This document shows positions 1 through 12,180 of a DNA stretch of 63,753 nucleotides, in pieces. The DNA lies in assembly GCA_034780895.1 (NCBI GenBank), contig JAUZTB010000017.1:21623554-21687306 (forward strand), in the 5' to 3' direction. The notes beneath the pieces are model-generated. The model did not search any database. It was not told the DNA's origin and was given only the letters and a program-made list of their open reading frames with translations. The position numbers were made by a program, and so were the translations under genes. Each line of letters starts with the position of its first letter. Position 1 is the stretch's first letter. The stretch comes from Rhynchobatus australiae (taxonomy: Eukaryota).

Positions 1-199
1 TTTGACAGATTATCTGACTTCAGAGTTTATTGCAATATGTTCAGTAGTTAATTTTTATTGTAAATCCACCAAATCTTTGTCTCTAATTTCTGAATTGATT
101 TCTGTGACCTCTTGAAGTACTGAAAATTCCAAGTGGTTTATACTACTTATCCTAGGAAACTTTTTAATAGGTTATGATATTATAAATCTTGTGGAGGTT

Positions 200-480
200 A
201 CAAAAGCATAGTGGTTAAATTAATGAACTTGTGGTCTGGACCACTAATCCATAGATAGGAGGTCAAATTCAATCACAACAACTAATTCAAGTCATTAAAT
301 AAATTAAAAAAAAAACTAACATTGGTAACCATGAAAAGGATGTTTGTTGTAAAAACTCATCTGATTCCAAAATATCCTACAGGGAAGAAAATTTGCCATC
401 CTTATTTGGTATGAACTAAGTGTAACACCAGACCCAACTAATGTGGTTTTCTCTTAACAGCCCATTTCAGGGCAAATTAA
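200..480 (+). mobile_element. Degenerate SINE, family B
   Basis: Inverted homolog of 49240-49560 (taaccatgaa..., aaaactcatctgattc, ctcttaacagccc..tttcagggcaa). Confidence 0.55.
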
Positions 481-631
481 ATGAACAGTAAACAAGATGT
501 CTGTATCCCACAATGGAATAAATAGTAAAAAAATAAATCCACAATGTTCAAAGCCTCCACACCCTTCAGATAAGAGGGTTTGTTGATGGAGTAGGTAATT
601 ATCGGGCACACATGAAAGACTCAAAACTAAA

Positions 632-750
632 ATAATGCATATGCTGGAAATCTGAAAGCAGAAAATGCCAGAAACCAGCAGGTCAGGCAGCACCCATGAA
701 GAGAGTAAAAGAGCTAATGCTTCTGATCAATGACCTTTATCAGAACACAG
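632..750 (+). repeat. Interspersed repeat end (probably Penelope-like)
   Basis: atgctggaaatctgaaa..cagaaaatgc..agcaggtcaggcagca motif recurs at ~12060-12180 (-), 26452-26545 (-) and 48340-48460 (+). Class assignment is from recall and uncertain. Confidence 0.55.
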
Positions 751-3700
751 AAAGTTTACATGTTAACCATCACTCCTGACCAATTTTATTTATGAACTGA
801 CAGAAACCCAGGACAAATAACATACACTATAGACTGGGTACTCAGAGGGATTACAGAAATCAGCTCAGGAATTAGAGAGAAGGACGTTGTGGATTTACAA
901 TAAATCAAGTACTGAACATACAGTAATGAACTCAGACAGCAGGCAATGCCTGTTGTTTTAAACTACTTGGATGCTTCAAAGGTATGAAGCTTAAGTTGTG
1001 CAATAACTATAGAAATCAATAGAATGATTTAAAGGATGTTCACACTTCAAATGAATCTCTAGGCAGAGGAATGTATTTTGGACAAGACTGGGGGATGAAC
1101 TTTAACCTTGACCACTCAATAGAATTTACTGAGGGTAAATTAAGTAGTTAAAAACTGACAAAGGTGGGTTAGCTGATTATTAGTTTTCCTGGCAGCCTAG
1201 AGTTGACAGGTGAACCCGAGAACTAGCGTTCCATCTCTGGTATGGAGCTGCATGTTAATAAGACTCAGCTATGAAAGCAAATGCATTTCTCATCGAGACT
1301 CTTATGCAGATAGCAATTGGTCTGATCAATCAGCAGACCAGACAACATCTTCAATTGAGAAAGTCTTGCTCATCTGGCTAGTATTTGACCCATTAAACTA
1401 TTCAGTTTACATGCCAAGAAACCCCATTAATTATCCAGAATTTAATGACCTTCATCTATTACCCAATGAACGTTTTGCATCCAATACATAGATTGTCCTT
1501 TTTGACTTAAACTGAAATGATTGTTCCGAGTTTATTTATAGAAATCAACCAAGGAAGTAATCCACAAAAACTGACTTTTTCCACCAGAACATTCCACTGG
1601 GAGAAAGGTCAGAAAGTTTTCTTATAAGCTTAGAACAACATACTGAAACAATATTTTTAAAACCTGCAGGAACTGCCAAAGTTGTACTTAAAATAAAGAA
1701 AAATCTTGCTATGTTACTTTTCACCTTTCAGGAGGTGGCTAATTTTGTTCAACAAAATAAAGAAACCACTGAACATTCAGTTGTGAAGTATGACAGTATC
1801 ATACCACTCAATTGATTTGGCTTTTTCATTTTACTTGTTCCTCTCTTTGAAGCTGAAGACAGCAAGGTCTTGGTGCACTTGAAGATACAATAATCTGCAT
1901 CCTGAACCAAACAACAGTTCTCAACTTCTAGCAGCTCAATCTGCATGTCCATCAAAGCAATGGCCCAGAATAATAATGATGTTCACCATTCATTATTCCA
2001 TGCAACTAACAGCAACTTCTGTACATGTATAATTGAATGCAGGAATCCAGAAGCTCCTGGCAGTGATCCACTGTGCCTTCAAGGGCGGCACTGTTTACAA
2101 TCCTCTCCACCAGACTCAAGATGAAATCACTCGAACTGCCGTGAGTTTGAGTTATTTATGAACAAGTCCCACTGTAAAATATCCTGAAAATCTCACAGTT
2201 GATTACATGTAGTCTGAATGAATTATAATGGCATTCTAACCCAAAATTACTGTTTAGCAAACTATTTGGCTCCAGGAAACAAATCTATTGTGATATTCTG
2301 AAATGAATTCTTAAAGACAAAGGATTTTAAAATTAAAACAAAATGATATTTCATGTTCCTGTTTAATCATATACTTTCCAATCTTTATTTAGCAATCTAA
2401 ATAATGTTAAAATATTTAAACAAAAATTTGTTTTCTGGTTGAGAGATGGTTAAAAAAAAAATCCAGATTGGCTAATCAACTTGAATACACCACAGGTGTC
2501 AGGGATCCCCTTCAACTTGTAGCTGACACCAGTAGGCATCAGACAAGGGGTACATCTCAGCAGAGACAGACTGCAGGGTCTCTGCAGGAAATGTTCAAGG
2601 TTAGCGGAAACACCGATAGTTCAACTTTTACTACGTGTTCAGGGCTATGTAACAGGTTTGTCCATCCCAATCAAGCTTTATAACACCACTGAAGGACTTC
2701 TAATAAGATAATTTTGAATCAGAATACCTGACTGCATATTTGGATATAAACAGTCCAAGCAAAATAAACTGCTACCAGACCAAGCTCCAAATGATGTTCA
2801 CCAAAGTGAATGTTCTAATACCAAATCAATAATTCTCCAATAATTCTTTGAATACAAAATAGTATGGAAAAGTCTTACTAGTTATTATAGGAAATAGCGA
2901 AATAAACCTCTTGTATTCAATTTAAAATTACTACTTCGATTCCATAATGAAGAGATGTAGATTTACAACACCAACGCCAAATAATTTATCGTGGGCCGTA
3001 CGGTTCTTTATCATTAAGAAAATGTAACAAGAATAATTTAAGACTAGGAGCCAAAATTACGGGAGAAATCCAATTGTCTTATCACCATTTTTAGCTGTGA
3101 AATCAATTTCCATGGATTCATTAGGTGATTCTCTGCCAGCTTTGGCCTGCTTTTAAATAGATGCAATAACATTTGGCTCTTCATATTGACACTGTGTGAT
3201 TAAAGTAGAGCCATCACGTTTCAGCACTGTGAAGTGGAAACTGTAAAGACCCAAATTCTATACTCTATTAAATCAAATAATACGCAAAATGTTAAAATTA
3301 TATTGTTGGCCAATCAACCCTTGGCATCAGATGCCAAAGTGACGATTTTGCTCCATCCATGCAATTTCTGTCTCTGGTCCAGACTTCTGCAATCCCGGAC
3401 TTGAGAGTTCTCAAAGCACTTCTATTGGTTCCAGTGCAAGTCATCATCCTTTTCAATCCTCAATCTCATTGAAAGACACTGGAGACTTAGGGTTCCAGCA
3501 TATATTTCCCAACCATCATCCTGCTCGGTCCACAATCTTGAAATGCCCCTGACTCAGTGGATTTACTTGAGAGTTCTCCAGTTATTTCCCACATGGTTAA
3601 GAATTGCCACCGATTTACTTAGCAATGAATGATGCTTATAAGAGAAAAAAATAGAATAATAGAATCAACATCCTTGGATTACATCCTTCCATCAGTTTTT

Positions 3701-4535
3701 GTTTCTGAATAATACACTACCATCAAAAAATACCTTTTCCCATAACATAAATGATAAAAGTCAATGGATTCAGAACAATTCTCAGTATCACAATCAACTT
3801 TCAATTACTTACTGCTTAATATTCATGTGGGAGAATTACTGAGATGCCATGACTTCATAATGTCCAAGATGTAATCTGCTTTTGCTGAACAGGAAATCTG
3901 TATAATACTGTAACTTAAAAACTGCACATAGCTTACTTAAATGGGTGTGGCTGGAAGTACGGCCAACTATTGTTGAAATTATTTTGGGAAGAACTTTCAT
4001 AAACTCGATTGAAATAATTGGGGGAAACTGAAGTTCAAAAATCTAACAATATTATCTTGGCAGAAAATAGGTGTGTTCTGTTTGTGACTCATGCAGTATT
4101 ATGCAGTAGTGTCTGATAGCATTTTCCTATTTGTATGCCAATTCTCTGATTTCCAGATGGAGAACATTATGTTGAGAAGGCTTTAATGTTGGACAGAGCA
4201 GTAACTAAACACCTTTTCAGTTAATTGTTGTCTACTAGCTAATTCTCTGCTTCTTTTAAGACATGCAGTGCCAGGTCTATTGAAGGTCATTGATTATTTT
4301 CCTGTTCAAACACACCTTTCAGAGAAAAATTAAAATAAAATATGTGCTTTGCGCCAGAGTCAAAGAAATCAGGCCTTATGCTTCAGTTAACCATCCAGAT
4401 TCAGTTTCCTGTTGTGGTATAGATAACCATTCACTATTGCTTATTTAACATTTCATTTCGTAATAAATCTGGTGTCCTGTTTAAGATTACTGAAGATAGC
4501 TTCCAAACGAATCCAGACAAAAACCTTAATCAATG

Positions 4536-4573
4536 TGCTTACATGCATTAGTATTGCTTACATGCATTAATAT
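4536..4573. repeat. 19-bp tandem duplication
   Basis: tgcttacatgcattagtat / tgcttacatgcattaatat. Confidence 0.9.
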
Positions 4574-5473
4574 TCTTTGTGGTATTTTTGGTGCACTGGT
4601 TAACACTCAAGTTAAATTCCTGTCTCTGCTATTTTAACACAGTTATTATCTTTGGATTAAGAAAGGGCAGGCAGGAATTTAATATGAGGGCATTAACCAG
4701 TGTACTGAAATAGTTCAGAGGTGGTATTAAACCCAGTATTCTTTGTCATTACTGGATGGCCTTAGCTGTTATTTTTATAATACGTATGATGAATTTCCTT
4801 CAAAAATATTACTTGAAACACAACTTTCATTGCTGTCCAATAAAAGATTTCAACAAATGAATATTTTGTTATAGATGGTAAAACTGACTGCTATTTGTTT
4901 CTTTAATTCTTTTTAGATTATTTCATTGTTCTGCAGCATATGGATCTATAGATGCAACACTGAAAGCTCACATAACAATTAAAGAGTAATAAGGTTATAA
5001 TCAGTCTTATGCCTCCTTTGTGGCAAATAATGGCAAATGCAATTGCAAGAGGATCAGTTTATAGACACTTTTGAGTTGTCCTAAAGAATACTTGACCTAT
5101 GTTAAACAGAAAAATCCTATATCATAATGATGGCTGCTGATTTCTCTATAGAGCCAATATTGCACACTACAATGATATGGTGAATAGATCCACCTTCACA
5201 CAAGTTATTGTATTAATAGAAAGACAACTGACCTTATTAAGTGAGCAGTTGCAGATCAGCACACAAAGAGATATTCAATACTTTTTTTTGAAAAGATGTG
5301 TGTCAAAACAGAGAAACAAAATACATGCCCATAAAATGCAAAAGAAAATCTATCAGCCTCTGTTTTCAATCAGCTTCTGTTCATGGGTTAAAAGAAAACA
5401 AAAACAAATAACTTTAAGTAGGAGTCATAGCACATATATCACACACACAGCTAAAATGTAAAAAATGTATTAC

Positions 5474-7280
5474 TTGGTTCAGGTGATGCCATTGTGGAGA
5501 CAATGACTGGAGGTCCAGTACGCCTGGTCACTTTTGGGTTTGCAGGATTCGCCAGCTGGTAAGCTGAGCTTGTAGGTACCAGTGTAGACTCCACCTGTGT
5601 TCCCGGCTTTCGGAGAATCCGAGGACTGTTGTGTGGGCTGTGCATAAGAGACTGAGTTGAGCTGCGCTCCCTCGTCATTAGTTCTATGGGTACAGTATAA
5701 GTAGTAGAGTAAGCAGTTTTGGGACCTGTATTTGGAGTAGCCTGCAGTGTAGTCATTGCTATTCCAGACTGAGCAGGGTAGAGAGGCCCTGATCGCAGGT
5801 TCTGCAGCCCAACTGGGGCAGTGCCGCTGTAGCCTGTGAAGCTTGGAAAATGGTTCCCCAGTCTTCCAGGCCCAGAGGAACCATAGTTAGCAGTTTCGAG
5901 GAGATGCTGGGATGGGGCACTGGATGGCCGACGGTTCACTTCAGCAAGCCTGGGTGACATTGGTTGCAATGCCATTGGTAGCTGCTGAGCAGTGGGATTA
6001 TCCATTGTTGGGACCACCCCTGGCTGAACTCCATAGTCATTACGCATCAGCTCACTTCTGTGACTGAAGCTGTTTGAACGTGTTCTCATCCGGGCATTGC
6101 TGTTCTGCAACTCCTGTCGTAACTGCATGTCCGCTTTGCAACTGTGGACAAGCCGTAACAGCAACCGTGCCTGACCCAGATTCGGAGCCACGGACTTAAT
6201 GTCGTTTTCTTCCAACATGGCCAGGAAGTTTGTTGAATCAAATCCTTGTTGCAATAAGTTTGCAATTGTGTTTTCAGATAAGCCCTCTGAGCGCAGCAGT
6301 GCCAGGAATTCGGCTTTGCTGTCCTGCCCATGGATTCCAGCAGGAAGATGGCTGCGGGTCAGCATGGTGTTGTCATAACCATCATAAACAGGCTTTGAAA
6401 TTAAACTATCTCTGTGCGTTCCATAATCAGACATCATTCGAGTTGTCACTCCTTGCCTACGGCTGTGGTTTAGTGTGCCAGGGGACAGCATTCTATCCAA
6501 ACTGTTCTCACACCGAGATCCAGTGACAGGATCCACAACTAAACACGTTGGAGTAATCTGTCGTGTGCTGGTAGAGTCCACTGGCCGACCAGTGGCATCA
6601 CTGTACATCTGCTTACCAGAGAGAGGTGGTGGTTCAGCCCCATAACGAGGGAGAGGTGTTTCAGCACCATACCTGGCAGGAGAAGGATCTCGACTGCGTA
6701 TCTTCTGTCCATCGTGGACCAGCTTACCAGAAGGATCATGGTACATACGGTTTACCTCAGGAGGGGGAGGGGGCCTCCCTTGCGAGTGGTCCCACGACAT
6801 TCTCCCACCTGACATCCCATAATTCTGCGCTGATCTGTTAAGCATATGATCCCTATAAAACCGTGCCTCTTCAGATGGCCTAAGTGCCAGACCAGGCTCG
6901 CCATAGTAATCCTGAGGAGGCACTGAGTTGCGTCCAGACATCACGGCCTGCTTTTCATGGGAACAAGAGAGATCAGACACAGAGGATTTTCTCACAAGTC
7001 TGTGATCATTGCGATCGGGATAATCTTCATCAAACCCAGAATCTGGATACCTGTAATGTTCGTAATTATGTTCATACCCTTCTGCAACGTTGTGATCATG
7101 CACTCTGACGCTAACACTGCTGTCGCAGACACCGTCACTGGAGTAGGTTAGTGAATCTCTTCTCCTACGAGGCCTTTGGTATTCGCATGCGCTGTCGTTG
7201 TCCCAGTTGTCTTTGTACCATCCGCTAGAGTCCCAGCTCTGAGAGCAGCCAACAGTTGTATGCTTGCTAGGGACAGGCAT
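5474..7280 (-). CDS. CTBP2: RIBEYE A-domain exon (ribbon-synapse-specific first coding exon of CTBP2), 602 codons + 1 nt
   Basis: 609-aa ORF starting MPVPS and ending ...KVTRRTGPPVIVSTMASPEPS, with RRPSSAPSQHLLET and KTAYSTTYTVPIEL motifs recognisable as RIBEYE A domain. Donor CAA|GTAATA (GT at 5473-5472) is phase 1 (1807 nt), so A+GT gives Ser into the common IRPQIMNG exon. The ORF tail NTFFTF is intronic read-through. Confidence 0.95.
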
Positions 7281-7920
7281 TGGAATAAAATGACTTCAGC
7301 TTAGTTAAAGAGGCGGGACCTCTGGTTACAAAACATGAAACAAAGCAGGCTGGTTTCACCTGAGCCCCAGTGGGACTCCAGAACCAAGCAACTGAAGGTT
7401 TTCTATTACAAAGTACTGCTTGAATTATTAATCCAAAGAAACATCAGTAGAAACAAAACATAACGCACCTTGTTACCAAGTCTCATTCCACAACGGTCAA
7501 ATGAAAGATCCTCTTTGTGTGTCAGCTTGCAGATAGAAAGGGTAGATTCTTTTAATCCACACATTTATCCTTTCCTGCTTGGGACACTGCTTGTGCAGAC
7601 AACTGGTATGGCAGAGCTCATGGATTAAGTGCTAAATTAAACCAGTAAAGCCTTTGCTCTTTGTGACATCAATCGAGCTCATTCCAAACCTTACATTGGT
7701 CATTTGCTGCAGATTCGCAGTTTTTTAAAATCAAGCCACTAAGCAATTTCCGATCAAATTATTTATGTGTTCTGCATTTTTTGAAACGTCACTGTAAGTA
7801 GAGGGCCTTATACTTTCTGGTAAAAAGAGGAAGGGAAATTAAAGAGGCAAAAAGCCTGACAATCGCTCACTGTCAGCACAATTCAAATCCATCTTGATGA
7901 GATACTAATCCAATGAATAT
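7281..7920 (-). promoter_or_regulatory. Putative RIBEYE 5' UTR/promoter with clustered CRX/OTX2-type TAATCC sites
   Basis: TAATCC at 7429, 7553, 7906; GGATTA at 7622; TGACATCA at 7664; CCAAT (minus strand) at 7695-7699; GTCAGCA Maf half-site at 7872. Lies directly upstream of the RIBEYE ATG. Confidence 0.55.
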
Positions 7921-9517
7921 AGCTGGAAGTAAATTGCAAGCGAAAAGGAATGTTGACAAAATGGAATTTTAAACTGCACAAGCAAAGAATTAGAATTATG
8001 CTTTCAGTTTAATTATGGGAATTTTCCTGTGCCATGGGTTTTATGATATAATTATGATATTTATTTTCTAAGTGAAGTCACATTTACTAACCTATATCAA
8101 CCCAACTGAAGATTCAGTACACATTAATGCCACAAGGAGTAAAATTCTCTTGCCAACTTTCAACAAAAAATTATCAGGACATAATCTCTAATTTGCAGCC
8201 TTGTGTGCAAAGCAGAGGTCAGCATACCTCAGGGGAAAAAACAGAAGGGTTAGAATTCAGCTCCACCAGTTCCCAAATAGACACAGTGAACAATATACTT
8301 GCTGGTTAGGCTGATGCAAACATTAACAAATCAAATAGAATTCAGTTTTTAAACCTCAAACGTCATCATAAATGTTTACCTATTTGCATGTTTGAAGAAA
8401 TTTAATATTCCAATGATAATTTTTATATTTCATTTGAGAGCTCTACATCAAAAACTTTGGTGCTTTGGTTTATCCCATTAACAGCCATCTTCCTGTTCTA
8501 ATTTCCCAGTGAGAAGCATGAAAACTTGCATCAAACTTGACCCAAAGGAACCCTGTTTTGCACCCATTTGCCTAGCACAATAATTGGTCAATAGACAATA
8601 AGCAATGTGTGTTTAAGCCCTTGCCATGAGGAGCAGATAATAGCTCTCTCCAAGCAGCGTGCAGAGCAACATGATCCATCAGAAAATACCCAAGTTCTTC
8701 ACCACCATCATCTTAACAACAAGTTAAACATCAGTTTTGAAATACTTGGAAAACTGTATTTAGTGACAACTCCATCAGTGCCAACCCATTCTACAGGACA
8801 ATTATAATAAAATATAATGTTGAAATATTACAAAAGTTCTTCATCCCTACCATGGAATATCAGGAGGAACAGTAAAGGTTGAGTAGAACGATCAATTGCA
8901 ACGTCAATGTTGACGAAGGAGTTTCCGGCCTGTCACTAGTAATTAAAGTACAACCCCTAAGCCTACTGTATCATTTCACTGGATGAGAAAGATTGCTTTC
9001 TGATTCACTGTTAAAGCCTATTGAATCTCATTAATTATGCAGCATTCATTAGAAAAATGTTTAACCTTTCACTGATCTCAAAATATTTTTCAACATGGTG
9101 CAGTATTTCAAATACTATACCCAATATGGTCTGAAAGAATGTGGAGCAAACATACTATAAGTTAAACATTACTGTTCTAAGGAGGTGAAGCAATAAAATA
9201 AACTTTAAAACTATCAATATGTCAAAGGATGTTTAAATCAGTGAAGCATTTATTTTCAAAAAAGTTTTTAAACTCTGACTGGAAGCCCTGCTTGACCAGT
9301 GGACAAATAATCACAACTGATGTTATACGAACAACCGTACCATTAGACCTATCACTTTACTGAGAAGCAAAACAGTAAAGTGCCTTGAAAATTACAGAAC
9401 ACGAGAAGAACTCGATCCTTTACCAATGAAGGTTGTCAAATACAGTCAAGAAAATGTCAAAGGTGGACAATTAACTATGGCTTAAATTACCTTAATTAAT
9501 TTGAATAATATACTTAC

Positions 9518-9548
9518 AACGTTGTTGAATTAAAATGTCTCTTTCCAT
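9518..9548 (-). CDS. Candidate alternative first coding exon MERDILIQQR(C)
   Basis: gttgaaATGG (purine at -3, G at +4), 10 codons + 1 nt, then T|gtaagt; phase 1 like both known N-terminal exons. Confidence 0.4.
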
Positions 9549-11869
9549 TTCAACCAGACTGCTAGCTCAATAGCCAGAAACTAATGGAACAGTCAGCATC
9601 GCTGGCACTCTGTCTGGTTCTCTTTCCTGGAATCCTGCCACTGATGGAAATTTCTATGATTCTCTGCTGTTGAAATTAAACCCTGCTTAAGTACAGTGTC
9701 ATAGAATTTGACAGCTGCATGGCCAAATAGTACTAAGTCTAAGTGAATCAATGGCTGGAATTGAGAAAAATGTAGATGTTTCCTGTAGGACGTAATGATA
9801 AGGAAAACAGAACTGCAACTGGCATAGACCAAGATAAACATACTGACAAAAGTATTATTTTAAAAGGAAGCACTAATGGAAATTCAAACAATGGCAAGCA
9901 GTTAAGATGTCTGATTGTAACTAAGGTCCCTAAGGCAGTGAGCACGTAAGCTGCTAACCATCTAAATGACAGATATCTTATATTCTCAGCCACAGTTGGA
10001 CATTTCACCTTGGAGGAAAAAAACCAACACTGTGTCTGCATTCTCCCACAGTGACTGTATCTCTGATTCATGGAACAACTTTAAAGTTGCCAGTTGTGGG
10101 AGAGACTAGTATGTTTGCACTCTTTGCAGTTGAACTGCATTAATTAATGGAGGAAAGAAAAGTGGAGAGAACATACAGATGAGTGCCCTGTTCTCCAAAA
10201 AAGTAACACAGCAACAAATTTGGCAGAGATACTGAATATCCTGAGCCACCTCCACGTGGAACCTGGCAGTCAATAACATACCGAAGTAATATACAAGTGT
10301 GTTTTATTTTCAATCTGTTGGTACTTGTTAATGTTAAATTAAAAATGGCAAATAGAGACCTTCATTATCAAGTGGCATCTCACACCCTGCAAGGTAGATT
10401 TTAAATATGTGCAAGGAATTTTTGTAGTTTTAATTAATTTGCCTGCATGTAATAGTGTGCCAAATGTACATGCCACTGGTTCTAAGGACTATGATATTGG
10501 TTCTTAATCAAAACTACCAGAAATATGTGAGATCCAGAAGCCAAATGATATTATAAAAGTACTGAAACAACTGCACTGACCAATTATTGAACTGCTGTGG
10601 ATTGTCTTATAGGTATTCCAGCTGTAAAAATGGACCGGACATGTTTTATGTTGCAGGGCACAGATGTGCTGCAATGTAGTCCAGTCTATATTAAACTGTA
10701 CAACATATAGGACATAAGACATTAACTGGAGCTAAGGGAATAGCATATACAAAGTTTAAATATCTGAAAAGGCTCATTGTCTGGAGCACTGATAAACACC
10801 ACGATTCTACAAACCCAAACTTAAAAAGAAATCTAAATACAAGGTAAACATTGTACCAGATAAAACAATTCTGCTTTAGTTAACAGTTCTGCTGTTAAGA
10901 ATGGCGAATCTCTACAAACAATTCATTGGAGGAGACAGCATGGCACTAAAAATCCATTCACTAGGAAGCAAATGAACAACTACATGCCATTAATGATGAT
11001 TTACTTTGCCACGTAAGAACTTCAAGAACTTCACCATTTACTGAACTCATGTCACATTAACTAAGCATGCAAAGCTTTAAAGCTACAAAGACAACTCAGG
11101 CTTTTTTTTTGAAAAAAGACTAATTCATGTCAACCTTTCCACTACTAGTGCCTAGAATGCAATGAAATTCACATTTCTTTAAAACACTGAAGTGCTTGCA
11201 AGAGAGCATTGGAATGTGACTTATTAATGGCTTTGATTAATATTGAAGTAATAATTTTTTACCACTGAATTTTCACCTTATTCATGGAACATGGGCAAAC
11301 ATATTTATTACCTATCCCAAGTTGCCTTGTGAAAATAGCAGTTAGTCTTCTTGGAGTGGAACATGAATGACAAAAAAGACAAGACTTAGATAAGAATGAT
11401 TTCACAAATTTTGATACCAAAATTCCCTGTTATTTTGCGGGGGTCATTTATACCAAACATCAGCAGGAACTGATACCAACTCCAACCTGTCTTGCATCAG
11501 TGCAGGAAAACAAGAGTAATTATAGCACACTCAATGCAAACCAAGCTGAATTCAACTCATTTCAGACTTCATGCTTCATCTTCAATGATGTGATTATGTG
11601 ATTCAGTTAAACATCAGCTGATGGAGTTATTCAGAGCTTTTTTTTGGGGGTGGACCTTTCTTCCAGTTCATGTTCACTTAAGTAATTTACAAGTTGAAAT
11701 TTCAGAAAATACTTAAATCTAACTTTGCCATGACAACCTGATTCTGTAGTATCTGTTGCAATCAGGTAAAACTCTAAATTTCATGGCTACCAAGTGATAT
11801 CAGCTCAGCTTGTTTGTTCTATTTTCCTTCTGAGGGTGGAGGCCATGCCCAGTCTGACCTCCTGGGCAC

Positions 11870-12180
11870 ATCCTCCAACTCTGCATTTCAAAACTCCAGC
11901 ATTCTTTTGGCCATGTTTGTTGGTCTACGTTCTCACTCTCTAACTGCTCCCATTCACTCAATGGCCAGATCACTTTGTTGACAGCTTACGCCCATCGTCA
12001 CCCTACTTTTACCCAATCAGAGACATCCCACATGCTCCTTCCAGCTTAAGAAGCTTTTTTTGCCCCTCCTCTCCTTCCAGGTTCTGACGCAGGGTCTTCA
12101 AACCCAAACTATTGACTCCAATTCTCTTCCTACAGATGTGACCTGACATCAGGGTATTTCCAGCATTTTTGGATTTTAAT
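11870..12180 (-). repeat. Same interspersed repeat family, longer fragment
   Basis: acagatgtgacctgac...gtatttccagcatttt is the reverse complement of the 632-750 motif. Confidence 0.55.

Noticed and set aside
1-5450. Shared CtBP2 B-domain exons (IRPQIMNGP..., dehydrogenase fold)
   Set aside because: No matching coding sequence seen on the minus strand; they must lie beyond the left edge.
5451-5473. C-terminal NTFFTF* of the 609-aa ORF as a true protein end
   Set aside because: Lies beyond the phase-1 splice donor; homology to RIBEYE stops at SPEPS.
6086-7151. Overlapping alternative-frame and antisense ORFs within the RIBEYE exon
   Set aside because: Expected shadows of a GC-richer coding exon; no recognisable motifs.
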